Part shown: piece by piece, positions 24,426 through 34,589 of the stretch
Numbering within the stretch: the first letter of the stretch is position 1
Layout: every line of letters starts with the position of its first letter
Source of the DNA: Fibrobacterota bacterium
Lineage (GTDB): Bacteria; Fibrobacterota; Fibrobacteria; UBA5070
Assembly: GCA_029557215.1 (NCBI GenBank)
Contig: JAKPQQ010000222.1
Span: 18,481-82,480 of the forward strand
Direction: 5' to 3'
DNA: 64,000 nt
Made by a program: the position numbers and the translations under genes
The notes under the pieces: generated by a model
Seen by the model: the letters and a program-made list of their open reading frames with translations, nothing else
The model's database searches: none
Told to the model about the DNA's origin: nothing

Positions 24426-24831
24426 GGGTAACAAAAGGGTACTGCCGGAACGTCCGCGCGGGTGGTCGTTTCGGCAAATCCCCGAACACGGCGCGTGCGC
24501 GATCGACCGGACCCGTGGAACCGTCGGCGTCCGGTATCGGGACACGACGGGAAACGGGGGAAAGGCTTGTCGACTTACACCGGCCTATTTCTTTGATCCT
24601 CTCCATCAAATTTTTTGGCCATGCCGGTCGATTCGAGGTTCCCGCTGCGAGGCAGGCATCCTCTAGGCGACCAGGTCCCGGCCGAGACGAAAAGGTTTAT
24701 CAGGTCAAAGCACAAGTTACCGGAAGCGAACAAGCCCGGAAGGGAAGATACATCCGAACCCCGCCGGAAGGAAATCGGGAATTCCGGCCGCGATTGCGGA
24801 AAGGGCTCGTCGAGTGGTACGATCTGGCACC

Positions 24832-26070
24832 ATGGCCGAATCCGAATCCGACGACAGGCTGGACGTGCTGGTGGTGGACGACTCGCCCACCTACAGGATG
24901 ATCCTGTCGCGCACCCTGAAGGGCTGCCCGTTCGCGCGATTGGCGGGATCGGCCGTGGACGGCGAGGCGGCCCTGCTGGCCATCGCCGAAAAACGTCCGG
25001 ACCTGGTGCTGCTCGACGTCTCCATGCCCGTGCTGGACGGGATCGAAACGCTCAAGAGGATCCGCGCGAAATGGCACGACGTCGACGTCGTGATGTGCTC
25101 GGGCGTGGACCAGAACCAGACCGGGCTCACGATGCAGGCGCTCTCGCTGGGGGCGCTTGACTTCGTGCCCAAGCCGCAGGGCGACAACCCCGCCGAAAGC
25201 TTCGCCGCGCTGGGCGCGGCGCTGCATCCGCTCCTGGAGCTCGCCATGGGGCGACGCAACGCCAGGCGCGCGCGTTCGTCGCCCGCGAAAGCGATCCCGC
25301 GGCCACCCTCGCCGATCGGCGAAGCTCCACCGGCCCGCGCCGCTAGGCCGGAATCCGTCCATCCCGTCCCGACGGCCTCCGCGCCGGCTCCGACCTCGGC
25401 CAAGCCTCCGGTCGCGACCAGATCGTCGACGCTTCCGCAGGCCGTGCCGCCCACGGGAGGCCCGGGAAGGCGCCCCCCCGCCCGGGTCGAACTGGTCGTG
25501 GTCGGCGTGTCGACGGGCGGCCCCAACGCGCTCCAGGCCATGGTCCCGAGGATCCCGGAGGGGTTCCCCGCGCCGATCGTGTGCGTGCAGCACATGCCTC
25601 CGCTGTTCACCGCCTCGCTGGCCGAGCGGCTGGACCGCGCATCGAAGATCCGGGTGATGGAAGCCGCCGAAGGCATGGTCGCCCTCCCGGGACACATGTA
25701 CATCGCCCAGGGGGGCCGGCATCTCGACGTCGTGCGCGGCGCCGACGGCCGGTTCCGACTGAAGCTCCACGACGCGCCGCCTGTCAATTCCTGTCGACCC
25801 TCCGTGGACGTGCTGTTCGATTCCGCCGCCGCGCTGGGGATTCCCGGGATCGTGTCGGTGGTCCTCACCGGAATGGGCAGCGACGGCGCGGCGGGCGCGA
25901 GGAAGCTGCGCGAGAAGGGAGCCTGGTCGATCGCCCAGGACGAGGCGACCTCGGTGGTCTGGGGAATGCCCGGCGCGGTGGCCTCGCAGGGCCAGGCCGA
26001 CGAACTCCTGCCGCTGGAGAGGGTGGCCTCCAGGCTGGAGGAACTCGTCCGTTCCGGAGGCGCCAGATGA
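24832..26070 (+). CDS. cheB: Chemotaxis methylesterase CheB with long Pro/Ala linker
   Basis: REC plus GVSTGGP, QHMPP, RPSVD, LTGMGSDG. Confidence 0.95.
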   Translation: MAESESDDRLDVLVVDDSPTYRMILSRTLKGCPFARLAGSAVDGEAALLAIAEKRPDLVLLDVSMPVLDGIETLKRIRAKWHDVDVVMCSGVDQNQTGLTMQALSLGALDFVPKPQGDNPAESFAALGAALHPLLELAMGRRNARRARSSPAKAIPRPPSPIGEAPPARAARPESVHPVPTASAPAPTSAKPPVATRSSTLPQAVPPTGGPGRRPPARVELVVVGVSTGGPNALQAMVPRIPEGFPAPIVCVQHMPPLFTASLAERLDRASKIRVMEAAEGMVALPGHMYIAQGGRHLDVVRGADGRFRLKLHDAPPVNSCRPSVDVLFDSAAALGIPGIVSVVLTGMGSDGAAGARKLREKGAWSIAQDEATSVVWGMPGAVASQGQADELLPLERVASRLEELVRSGGAR

Positions 26071-26903
26071 AGCTGGCCGGGAACGAATTCGAACTTCTCA
26101 AGGGCTTCGTGGAGAAGCACTGCGGAATCCACCTGGAGCCCGGGAAGGAATACCTGATCGAGACCCGGCTCACGGACATCGCGATCGAGCACGAATGCAG
26201 GTCGTTCTTCGAGTTCTACCAGAAGGCGCTGGCCGACACCACCGGCAAGCTGCGCAACCGGATCGTCGACGCGATGACCACCAACGAGACCTACTTCTTC
26301 CGCGACGACAACCTCTGGACGTACATGAAGGAGGTCGCGGTCCCCGCGCTCCTGAAGAAGGCCGCGACGGGACCCGTGAGGGTCTGGTCGGCCGCGGCGT
26401 CCACCGGCCAGGAGGCGTACTCCATGGCGATGCTCTTCGACGAACTCGCCCGCGCCCAGGGAACCCCTTCCCTCTCGGGAAACCTCGAGATCCTGGGGAC
26501 CGACATCAGCTCGGCGGCGCTGTTCCTCGCCATCTCGGGGCGATACGATTCGCTCGCGATCCGGAGAGGACTGTCCGAGGAGCGACGACGCAGGTATTTC
26601 CAGGAGCACGGATCGGTCTGGGCGATCTCCGACGAGATCAAGTCGCGGGTCAAATTCCGTCGATTCAACCTCATGGATCCCTTCGCCCCGCTGGGGACGT
26701 TCGACCTGGTCCTGTGCCGCTACGTGGCGATCTACTTCCAGGACGACTTCAAGAAGGACATATTCCGGCGCATCGCCGGGGTCCTCAAGCCCGGCTGCCC
26801 GCTGCTGCTGGGGGCGACGGAGATCCTGCGGGACCTCAACGACGAATACGAACCCGTCCTCCACAAGAACTGCACCGCCTATGCGCGAAAGCCGGCGAGG
26901 TGA
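26067..26903 (+). CDS. cheR: Chemotaxis methyltransferase CheR
   Basis: TTNETYFFRD, VWSAAASTGQEAYS, FDLVLCRYVAIYF; ATGA overlap. Confidence 0.95.
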   Translation: MKLAGNEFELLKGFVEKHCGIHLEPGKEYLIETRLTDIAIEHECRSFFEFYQKALADTTGKLRNRIVDAMTTNETYFFRDDNLWTYMKEVAVPALLKKAATGPVRVWSAAASTGQEAYSMAMLFDELARAQGTPSLSGNLEILGTDISSAALFLAISGRYDSLAIRRGLSEERRRRYFQEHGSVWAISDEIKSRVKFRRFNLMDPFAPLGTFDLVLCRYVAIYFQDDFKKDIFRRIAGVLKPGCPLLLGATEILRDLNDEYEPVLHKNCTAYARKPAR

Positions 26904-26905
26904 CC

Positions 26906-27286
26906 ATGCGAATCCTCTCCATCGACGACTCGAACTCCATCCGGCACGCCGTGCGGAAGATGCTGGAAGTCATCGGCGCCGAATTCTTCGAGGGGCACGA
27001 CGGCCAGGAAGGGCTCGAGGTGCTCGAGAAGGAAGGTCCGGTCGACCTGATCCTGCTGGACATGGAGATGCCCCGCCTGGACGGGATGGGATTCCTGGAG
27101 GCGGTGAAGAAGGATCCCCGCTGGAAGGACATCCCCGTGATCGTGGTCTCCTCGATCGCCCAGAAGGAACGCATGATCCGCGCCGTCCAGGAAGGCGCCA
27201 AACAATACCTGACCAAACCGTTCACATCGGAGCAGCTCCTGACCAAGATCGTCGACGCCCTCCATCTCGACGGTGACGTCGAATGA
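26906..27286 (+). CDS. Single-domain response regulator (CheY-like)
   Basis: IDDS, LLDMEMP, KPF. Confidence 0.9.
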   Translation: MRILSIDDSNSIRHAVRKMLEVIGAEFFEGHDGQEGLEVLEKEGPVDLILLDMEMPRLDGMGFLEAVKKDPRWKDIPVIVVSSIAQKERMIRAVQEGAKQYLTKPFTSEQLLTKIVDALHLDGDVE

Positions 27287-28188
27287 CCCGCGCGGAGATC
27301 ATCCAGCGCCTGCAGGGCGACGTGAGCCTCCCGGCCCTGCCCGAGGTGCTCCTGCGCATCGACAGGATGCTCAAGGATCCGGAGGTCGACATCAAGGCCG
27401 TCTCGTCCCTCGCGTCCACCGACGCGGTCCTGTCGGGACAGATCATCCGGATGTCGAATTCCGCCTACTACGCCAGGGGCGGCTCCCACCTGACCTCCCT
27501 GCAGCCCGCGATCCAGCGCATGGGCCTGCGCGCGCTCCGAGGGCTGGTCTTCGCCCTGACGCTGCCCAGGATGTTCCACGACGACGGCGAAAGCTTCCCC
27601 TACAGGGCGCTCTGGAAGCACTCCCTGGCGGTGTCCGCGTTCGCCGCCGAGCTCGCGACGGAAATCGGCGCATCGCCGGCCGAGCGCGAGAACGCCTGGC
27701 TCGGCGGACTGGTCCACGACATCGGGGCGCTCGTCCTGGCCACGCTCCAACCCCGCGAATACCACCGTTTCCTGCAGGACCTCCAGGAACGCTCCGACCG
27801 GTCGGCCCAGTGGAACGAGCAGGAGCTTCCCGACTGGGAGCGCGAGACGTTCGGGATCGACCATGCCGAAATCGGCTGCATCTTCCTGCGCGAACGATGG
27901 CGCCTGCCCGAACCGATCCCGGAAATCACGCGGCTGCACCACAGCCTCGGATGGAACGAACCCTTGCCGGAAGGCGTCGAACGAAGCACCATCCTTGTCG
28001 TGCATGTCGCCAACGGAATCTGCTCGCACTACGGGATCGGCTGGAATCCGGCGGAACAGGAAGGCCGCGCCTTCCAGGAATCCGCCTGGGAAAGCCTCGG
28101 GCTCGACCTGGACCGGGTCGAAGAACTCCTGGAAAAGGCCAAGACCAGCCTCGGCATCGCGGAAACACTACTGAGCGAAGGAGAATGA
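27283..28188 (+). CDS. HDOD-domain protein
   Basis: LPALPEV, IRMSNSAYY, LWKHS, LVHDIG, GIDHAEIG, WRLP. Confidence 0.9.
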   Translation: MTRAEIIQRLQGDVSLPALPEVLLRIDRMLKDPEVDIKAVSSLASTDAVLSGQIIRMSNSAYYARGGSHLTSLQPAIQRMGLRALRGLVFALTLPRMFHDDGESFPYRALWKHSLAVSAFAAELATEIGASPAERENAWLGGLVHDIGALVLATLQPREYHRFLQDLQERSDRSAQWNEQELPDWERETFGIDHAEIGCIFLRERWRLPEPIPEITRLHHSLGWNEPLPEGVERSTILVVHVANGICSHYGIGWNPAEQEGRAFQESAWESLGLDLDRVEELLEKAKTSLGIAETLLSEGE

Positions 28189-28532
28189 CCATGGACGCAT
28201 CCCTGCCCGTCCTGAGTCGAGACGAAGCCCTCGGGCGCCTGGAAGGCGACGTGGAGCTGTGGAACGAGATCCGGGACATCTGGCTCGAAGACGTGGCGAA
28301 CCTGATGGAAGGCGTCTCGAGAGCGCTGGAATCCGGCGTGCCCGACGCCCTCCGCCGCGCGGCCCACGCCCTGAAGGGGGCTTCGGCGAACGTCGGGGCC
28401 ACCCGCGTCGCGGCCCTCGCCAAGACGATCGAACTGGATGCGACCTCGGCGGATTGGGACGCCCTCCGCGAGGGCGTGGACCGGCTCCGCCGGGAAGTGG
28501 AGGACGCCCGGAGACAGCTGGAGACCGCATGA
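28185..28532 (+). CDS. Hpt phosphotransfer protein
   Basis: AAHALKGASANVGA. Confidence 0.9.
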   Translation: MTMDASLPVLSRDEALGRLEGDVELWNEIRDIWLEDVANLMEGVSRALESGVPDALRRAAHALKGASANVGATRVAALAKTIELDATSADWDALREGVDRLRREVEDARRQLETA

Positions 28533-29650
28533 ACAACCGCGACCCCAGGCAACCGCGGGTTCTGGTGGTCGACGACGAACGACAGAACCTGCAGATGCTT
28601 TCGGTGGTCCTGCGCAACGAAGGATATCTGGTCGACACGGCGGATTCCGGCGAGGCCGCGCTCGAGCGCGCGCGGTCCACCACCCCGGACCTCGTCCTCC
28701 TGGACATCCTGATGCCCGGGATGGACGGATTCGCCACCCTGGAACGGCTCAAGGGGATCGCGGGCGCATCGACGATTCCCGTCATCTTCCTGAGCGGCCT
28801 GGAAGACCTCGAAACCAAGCTCAAGGGCTTCTCGCTGGGCGCGGTGGACTACGTGACCAAGCCGTTCCACATCGAGGAGGTCCGCGCGCGCGTGCGGATC
28901 CACCTGCAACTGGCCCTGGCGCGCCAATCCCTGGTCCTGGAACAGGCATCCCGCCTCCGGAGCCTGGCCAGCGCCCAGAAGAGGCTGCAGGTCCTTCCGT
29001 CGGATCTTCCCGAGGCGAACTTCTCGGTGCTGTACGAATCCGCCCAGGAAGCCGGAGGCGACATCTACGACGTGCTCGCCGTCGGGAAAGGCATCCACGG
29101 GTTCCTCGTGGCGGACGTTTCCGGACACGACGTGGGCACGAGCCTGCTCGCGAGCGCCGCCAGGGCCCTGTTCCGGCAGAACACCGGACCCATGTACTCC
29201 CCCGAGGAGACGTTCAACCTGGTCAACCGCGTCCTCGCCGGCTGGCTGCCTCCCGGACGTTTCCTGACCGCATGCTACGCCCTGCTCAACCGCAACACGG
29301 GCAGGCTCTCGGTGGTCGGGGCGGCCCATCCTCCCGCGGCCATCCTGGACGCGTCGGGCAAGGCCCGCAGCCTGGACGTGGAAGGCGACGTGCTGGGCGC
29401 ATTCCCCGACGCGCGGTTCGGCCGGATCGACACCCGCGTCTCGAAAGGGGACCGCGTGGTCCTCTACACCGACGGCCTCGTCGAGAACATCGGCGGCGGC
29501 AGGACGTGGAACACCGAGGGGGATCGCGTCCTGCGCGAGCTCGAACGGCTCTCCGACGTCCCGCTCGGGGAGCTTCCCTCGCGCCTGTCGGCCGGACTTT
29601 CCGACGGCACGAGGGACGACGACGTGTTAGCGCTTGCTTTCGAGGTGTGA
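28529..29650 (+). CDS. REC - SpoIIE/PP2C phosphatase (RsbU-like)
   Basis: REC plus GGDIYD, ADVSGH, YTDGLVE, DDV. Confidence 0.92.
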   Translation: MNNRDPRQPRVLVVDDERQNLQMLSVVLRNEGYLVDTADSGEAALERARSTTPDLVLLDILMPGMDGFATLERLKGIAGASTIPVIFLSGLEDLETKLKGFSLGAVDYVTKPFHIEEVRARVRIHLQLALARQSLVLEQASRLRSLASAQKRLQVLPSDLPEANFSVLYESAQEAGGDIYDVLAVGKGIHGFLVADVSGHDVGTSLLASAARALFRQNTGPMYSPEETFNLVNRVLAGWLPPGRFLTACYALLNRNTGRLSVVGAAHPPAAILDASGKARSLDVEGDVLGAFPDARFGRIDTRVSKGDRVVLYTDGLVENIGGGRTWNTEGDRVLRELERLSDVPLGELPSRLSAGLSDGTRDDDVLALAFEV

Positions 29651-29693
29651 AGGCGGGACACTATCCCTCGCAACAAGTCGATGGAGGAGCCGA

Positions 29694-29990
29694 ATGATCC
29701 GGTCCCAGAGCGCGGGTGGAAAAACCAGCGTGGCGCCCGAAGGCAACGTCGGAACGCAGGAAGCCGAGCAGCTCGCGAAGGCCATGGAGGACGCGATCGC
29801 GCAAGGCGACGAAGTCGCCGTGGACCTTTCCGCCTGCCAGGCCCTCTCCTCGTCGGCGATCGGGGCCATGATCGCCTGCCACAACGCGCTTCGCGCCAAG
29901 GGATCCAGGCTCCGCGTGCACGGAACCGGCGAAGAGATCCTGCGGCTGCTGCGGATCATGCAGCTCGACCGCCATTTCGACATGGCCTGA
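29694..29990 (+). CDS. STAS anti-sigma-factor antagonist
   Basis: VDLSACQALSSSAIG; GGAGG RBS. Confidence 0.85.
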   Translation: MIRSQSAGGKTSVAPEGNVGTQEAEQLAKAMEDAIAQGDEVAVDLSACQALSSSAIGAMIACHNALRAKGSRLRVHGTGEEILRLLRIMQLDRHFDMA

Positions 29991-29999
29991 GGAGGCGAG

Positions 30000-32900
30000 A
30001 TGCCCGCGATGGAAATCGACGAAACCCTGCAACTGTTCCTCGAGGAGGCGCGCGACCACCTGCGCGACATCGAGACGGATCTGCTCGCGATCGAGACGGA
30101 AACCGGCCCCGCCGACGTGGATCTGGTCAACAAGGTCTTCCGCGGCATCCACTCCATCAAGGGTGCGGCCGGGTTCTTCGGACTGAACCGGATCAAGGAG
30201 CTCTCCCACTCCATGGAGAACCTCCTGAACCGCATCCGCAACCTGGAGGTGGTTCCCGGCCGGACGGCCATCGAGGCCCTCCTGAAGTCGGCGGACGTCC
30301 TCAGTTCGATGGTGGAGGATCCCTCGCGAAGCGAAGACGTCGAGATCGGACGCCTGCTGGAACTCCTGCGCGACGCCAACGCGACGCGCTCCAAGGCATC
30401 CGCGACGGTCGACATCCCCGATCCCCAGGGACGCGTGATCTTCCGCATCCCGGAAGACGACCTCGAACTGGCCCGCAAGGGCGGGAAGAACCTCTTCGTG
30501 ATGTTCTTCGACATGGTCAAGGACATCGACGCCAAGGGGATGCATCCGCTGGGCCTGGTGAAGGAACTGGAGAAGACAGGCCTGATCGTCGAATCGCGCG
30601 TGGCCCACGACGCCGACGGGAACCTCCTGGGCGATGCGGGGTTCGTCCCGTTCCACGTGTTCTACGCGACCGTGCTCGACCACGAGATGACCTGCCTTCT
30701 CACCGGACTCCCCCCGTCCAGCGTGGTGGCCTTCGACGGAGAGCGCAAACCCGTCGCGGCCGGAAAGCTCGTCGCGGCCGCGAAGAAGGCCGCGCCGAAA
30801 CCTTCCAAACGCGCCAGCCAGGCGGCTCCGCCGCCGGAACGGAAGACCGCGCCATCCACTCCGGTCGCGGATCCCGTCGTGACGGAATCCGACAAACCGG
30901 AACCGGAGGCGATCCCGGCCGGGGCGACGCCGCGGGGCGCGGCGCAGGGGAACACCTCGCCGTCGTCGCTTCGCGTGAACGTGAAGTCGCTGGATCGCCT
31001 GATGACCCTGGCCGGCGAACTCGTCCTTTCCAGGAACCAGCTGGTCCAGAAGGTGGGCTCGAAGAACATCGCCGAGATCCAGGCCAGCTCCCAGGGCCTG
31101 TCCCTCATCATCTCCGAGCTGCAGGAGGCGGTGATGAGCACGCGCATGCAGCCGCTCTCGATGGTGTTCGGGAAGTTCCAGCGCGTCGTGCGGGATCTCG
31201 CCCAGGACCTCGGCAAGGAGATCCGCCTGGAAGTGGAAGGCGAGGACGTCGAACTCGACAAGGCGGTCATCGAATCGATCGGCGACCCGTTGACGCATCT
31301 TGTCCGCAACGCCGTGGACCACGGCATCGAGATGCCGGAGATCCGGGAACGCTCGGGCAAGCCCCGCCAGGCCGTGGTCAAGCTCCACGCCTACCACGAG
31401 GCGGGCAAGGTGGTGATCGACGTCTCCGACGACGGACGCGGCATCGACACCGACGCGGTGCGGGAAAAGGCCGCCGCGCAGAAGCTCGTGGACCCGCAGC
31501 ACCTGGCGAACATGACCGAGAAGGAGCTGGTCAACCTGATCTTCCTTCCGGGATTCTCCACCGCGAAGGTCGTCACCGACATCTCCGGACGCGGCGTCGG
31601 GATGGACGTCGTCAAGACCAACTTCACCAAGCTCGGCGGCGTCATCGACATCGAAAGCCGCCAAGGCCGGGGAACCAGGATCCGCGTCAAGCTCCCGCTC
31701 ACGCTGGCCATCATCCCGAGCCTTCTGGTTTCGGTCCAGGACGAGACCTACGCGATCCCGCAGGTGAACCTGGTGGAGCTGGTGCGCATCCCGGCCAAAG
31801 ACGTGCGCAACCGGATCGAGCGGATCGGGGACGCGCTCGTCATGCGACTCCGCGGCCACCTGCTCCCGCTGCTGAAGCTCTCGCAGGTGCTGGGGATCGC
31901 GACCCCCACCTTCGTCCACCCCGAATCCGGGGAACAGAAACCGGACCGGCGCACGCGCGTCGACGACCGGCGCGGCCCCCGGGAACGCGAGACTCCGGAA
32001 GAAAAGGAACGCCGCCGCAACGCGGACCGACGCTACCACTCCGAGAGCGCGATCAACATCGCGGTCCTGTCGGCCGGGACGTTCCAGTACGGACTGATCG
32101 TGGACCGCCTCCACGAGTCGGAAGAGATCGTCGTGAAACCGCTGGGAAGCCACTTCCGCAACTGTTCCTGCTACGCCGGAGCCACCATCCTGGGCGACGG
32201 CCGGGTCTCGCTGATCCTGGACGTGGTCGGCGTCACCCGGTACATGAACCTGTCGGACGTGGCCGGATCGGACAGGAGCCGCGACGAGGAGTCGAGGCAC
32301 AGACAGAAACTGCGCGACGCGCAGTCGATGCTGCTGTTCCGCGTCGCCGAACACGAGCAGTTCGCGGTCCCGCTCTCGCTGGTCTCGCGGCTGGAGGTGA
32401 TCCCGCGCGCATCCATCGAGAAGATCGGCGGCCGCAGGACCATCCAGTACCGAGGCGGCAGCCTGCCGCTGCTGGAACTGTCGGAGGTGTCGCAGGTGCA
32501 CCCCCTCCCCGACCAGGACGAGTACTTCGTGGTGGTCTACGCGGTGGGCGGCAAGGAAGTGGGCCTGATCGTGTCGCGGATCGTCGACATCGTCGAAGCC
32601 TCGGTGGAGTTCGACGAGTCCACGTTCGCGCAACCCGGGATCATCGGATCGACGATCCTGTCGAACCACACCACGCTCCTGGTGGATCTCTACGACGTGG
32701 TCAAGACCAGCCTCCCCGGCCTGGTCAAGGCGCCGGAGCTGGACGCGGGAAGGACCGGAAAGGTCCTCGTGGTCGACGATTCGCCGTTCTACAGGCGCCA
32801 GATCGCGGGATACCTCAAGGAGTGCGGGCTCGAGGTGGTCGAAGCCGTCAACGGCGACGAGGCGCTCGCCCTGCTGGAAACGACCGGCGGGATCGGGCTC

Positions 32901-33131
32901 GTCCTCACCGACGTGGAAATGCCCGTCATGGACGGACTGGAACTGACCCGGCGCGTCCGTTCCATCGAGTCCCTGCGCCACCTCCCCGTGGTGGCCATCA
33001 CCTCGCTGTCCGGGGAAGAGGCCGAACGCCGCGGGCGCGAGGCGGGGGTCGACGGCTACCTGGTCAAGCTCGACCGCGAAAAGATCCTCGCCGAAGTCGA
33101 AAAACTCCTCCTGCGCAGGGGGCACCGATGA
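30000..33131 (+). CDS. cheA: Hybrid chemotaxis kinase CheA (Hpt, dimer, HATPase, CheW, CheW, REC)
   Basis: FRGIHSIKG, HLVRNAVDHG, SGRGVGMDVV, LPLTLAI, two CheW-like domains, C-terminal REC. Confidence 0.95.
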   Translation: MPAMEIDETLQLFLEEARDHLRDIETDLLAIETETGPADVDLVNKVFRGIHSIKGAAGFFGLNRIKELSHSMENLLNRIRNLEVVPGRTAIEALLKSADVLSSMVEDPSRSEDVEIGRLLELLRDANATRSKASATVDIPDPQGRVIFRIPEDDLELARKGGKNLFVMFFDMVKDIDAKGMHPLGLVKELEKTGLIVESRVAHDADGNLLGDAGFVPFHVFYATVLDHEMTCLLTGLPPSSVVAFDGERKPVAAGKLVAAAKKAAPKPSKRASQAAPPPERKTAPSTPVADPVVTESDKPEPEAIPAGATPRGAAQGNTSPSSLRVNVKSLDRLMTLAGELVLSRNQLVQKVGSKNIAEIQASSQGLSLIISELQEAVMSTRMQPLSMVFGKFQRVVRDLAQDLGKEIRLEVEGEDVELDKAVIESIGDPLTHLVRNAVDHGIEMPEIRERSGKPRQAVVKLHAYHEAGKVVIDVSDDGRGIDTDAVREKAAAQKLVDPQHLANMTEKELVNLIFLPGFSTAKVVTDISGRGVGMDVVKTNFTKLGGVIDIESRQGRGTRIRVKLPLTLAIIPSLLVSVQDETYAIPQVNLVELVRIPAKDVRNRIERIGDALVMRLRGHLLPLLKLSQVLGIATPTFVHPESGEQKPDRRTRVDDRRGPRERETPEEKERRRNADRRYHSESAINIAVLSAGTFQYGLIVDRLHESEEIVVKPLGSHFRNCSCYAGATILGDGRVSLILDVVGVTRYMNLSDVAGSDRSRDEESRHRQKLRDAQSMLLFRVAEHEQFAVPLSLVSRLEVIPRASIEKIGGRRTIQYRGGSLPLLELSEVSQVHPLPDQDEYFVVVYAVGGKEVGLIVSRIVDIVEASVEFDESTFAQPGIIGSTILSNHTTLLVDLYDVVKTSLPGLVKAPELDAGRTGKVLVVDDSPFYRRQIAGYLKECGLEVVEAVNGDEALALLETTGGIGLVLTDVEMPVMDGLELTRRVRSIESLRHLPVVAITSLSGEEAERRGREAGVDGYLVKLDREKILAEVEKLLLRRGHR

Positions 33132-33583
33132 CCCAGACGGAAACCGTCGCGAACACCGACAACCTGGAACTCACCGTCTTTTCCGTGGGCGACCTGCTCT
33201 GCGCGCTGCCGAACTCCTCGGTGCGCGAGATCTCGGGATTGCGGTCGATCACCAAGGTCCACCACGCGGCCCCGCAGGTCCGCGGGGTGGTGAACCTTCG
33301 AGGACAGATCATGACCGTCCTGGACCTGGGGATCCGGTTCGGGATCGGCCCGGTTCCCGAAGACCGCAAGGCGCGCATCCTCGTGGTGCGGTCGGGCGAA
33401 GAGGACATCGGGCTTCTCGTGGACGGGGTCGACGACGTGATGAACGCGCCGCGGACCGACCTGGAGCCGCCGCCTTCGAACGTCGGAGGCATTTCGGGAA
33501 GCTACTTCCGGGCGATCCTCAAGAACCGCGACGACCTGGTCTGCCTCCTGGACCTGGACCGGATCCTGTCCGACGGCGACTGA
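33128..33583 (+). CDS. cheW: Chemotaxis adaptor CheW
   Basis: VRGVVNLRGQI, GLLVDGVDDV; ATGA overlap. Confidence 0.92.
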   Translation: MTQTETVANTDNLELTVFSVGDLLCALPNSSVREISGLRSITKVHHAAPQVRGVVNLRGQIMTVLDLGIRFGIGPVPEDRKARILVVRSGEEDIGLLVDGVDDVMNAPRTDLEPPPSNVGGISGSYFRAILKNRDDLVCLLDLDRILSDGD

Positions 33584-33604
33584 GAGGCGCCCAGACGGAT
33601 TCCG

Positions 33605-34498
33605 TCAATCCGGACAAGCGACTCCGGTCGGCGGGGAAGGCGCTCGCAGGAAGCGCACGCCGCCCTTCGGGACCTCGCTCTTCGCCTGGTCCGCCCGCGA
33701 CAACAGCCGGTCGCCACCTTCGCCACCGGAATACGTCGTGACGCCGATCGACACGGGAAGTTCCATCCCCGACCGCGCGAAGCCTTCCCGCAGGGCCCGC
33801 TCCACCACGTCCACGCGCTCCTGCGCCGCGCGCTCGTCGGCCCCGAGCCAGAGGATCACGAACTCGCCTTCCCCCCAGCGAAAAAGCCAATCCGAAGGTT
33901 TCGCGCACCCCTGGATCAGGGTCGCGGCCTGGCGCAGCGCTTCGTCGACGGCGACCTTCCCGAAATCGACTCGCATCTTGCGCAGCCCCCCGATTTCCAC
34001 CACGGACAAGGACAGGGGATCCCCGTAGCGATCGCACCTCTGGGATTCGGATTCCAGGGTTTCGGCCAGCAGGAGGCGGTTTCCCACTCCCGTGAGCGTG
34101 TCGGTCCGGGATTGCATCTCGAGTTCCCGATTGCGCTTGCGCAGCACCGACTGGATCTCCTGCAACTCCTGGACGGCCTCCGCGCCGCGCAGAAGTTCGC
34201 GTTCGAGCAGATGGACCCGGCGCAGGCCCAGGCCGCAGATGCACAGCAGCACAACCACGGCGACCTCGAGGACGATCCCGACCGGACCGTGCGACCGGGA
34301 CGCGTCGCCGAACAAGGACGATGCGAGATGGACGACCAGCCCGCCCAGGATCAGCGCAAGGATCGACCATGCGGCGATCCGGGCGACCGAGCGATGCCAA
34401 CGACGCCCTTCGACGCCGGGGTCGAGCGAGCGATCGTTCTCCGTCGCGGAACGCGACAGGCCGGGAACGTTCCGATGGATTTCCAGCACGACATCCAT
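33605..34498 (-). CDS. Membrane protein with degenerate GGDEF domain
   Basis: 2 TM, coiled coil, TDTLTGVGNR, active site reads RWGEGEF; start uncertain. Confidence 0.8.
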   Translation of the reverse strand: MDVVLEIHRNVPGLSRSATENDRSLDPGVEGRRWHRSVARIAAWSILALILGGLVVHLASSLFGDASRSHGPVGIVLEVAVVVLLCICGLGLRRVHLLERELLRGAEAVQELQEIQSVLRKRNRELEMQSRTDTLTGVGNRLLLAETLESESQRCDRYGDPLSLSVVEIGGLRKMRVDFGKVAVDEALRQAATLIQGCAKPSDWLFRWGEGEFVILWLGADERAAQERVDVVERALREGFARSGMELPVSIGVTTYSGGEGGDRLLSRADQAKSEVPKGGVRFLRAPSPPTGVACPD

Positions 34499-34589
34499 GA
34501 TAGTTCCGAAAAGAGGATCCAAGAATCCTTCGGGTCCGCGACCTGTCAAAAAATGTTCGCAGCCCGTCCTTCGGGGGATCGGGCTGGCC

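Noticed and set aside
24430..24790. Long, relatively AT-rich intergenic region as possible riboswitch or sRNA
   Set aside because: I could not recognise a c-di-GMP or other riboswitch consensus; an Infernal/Rfam scan is needed
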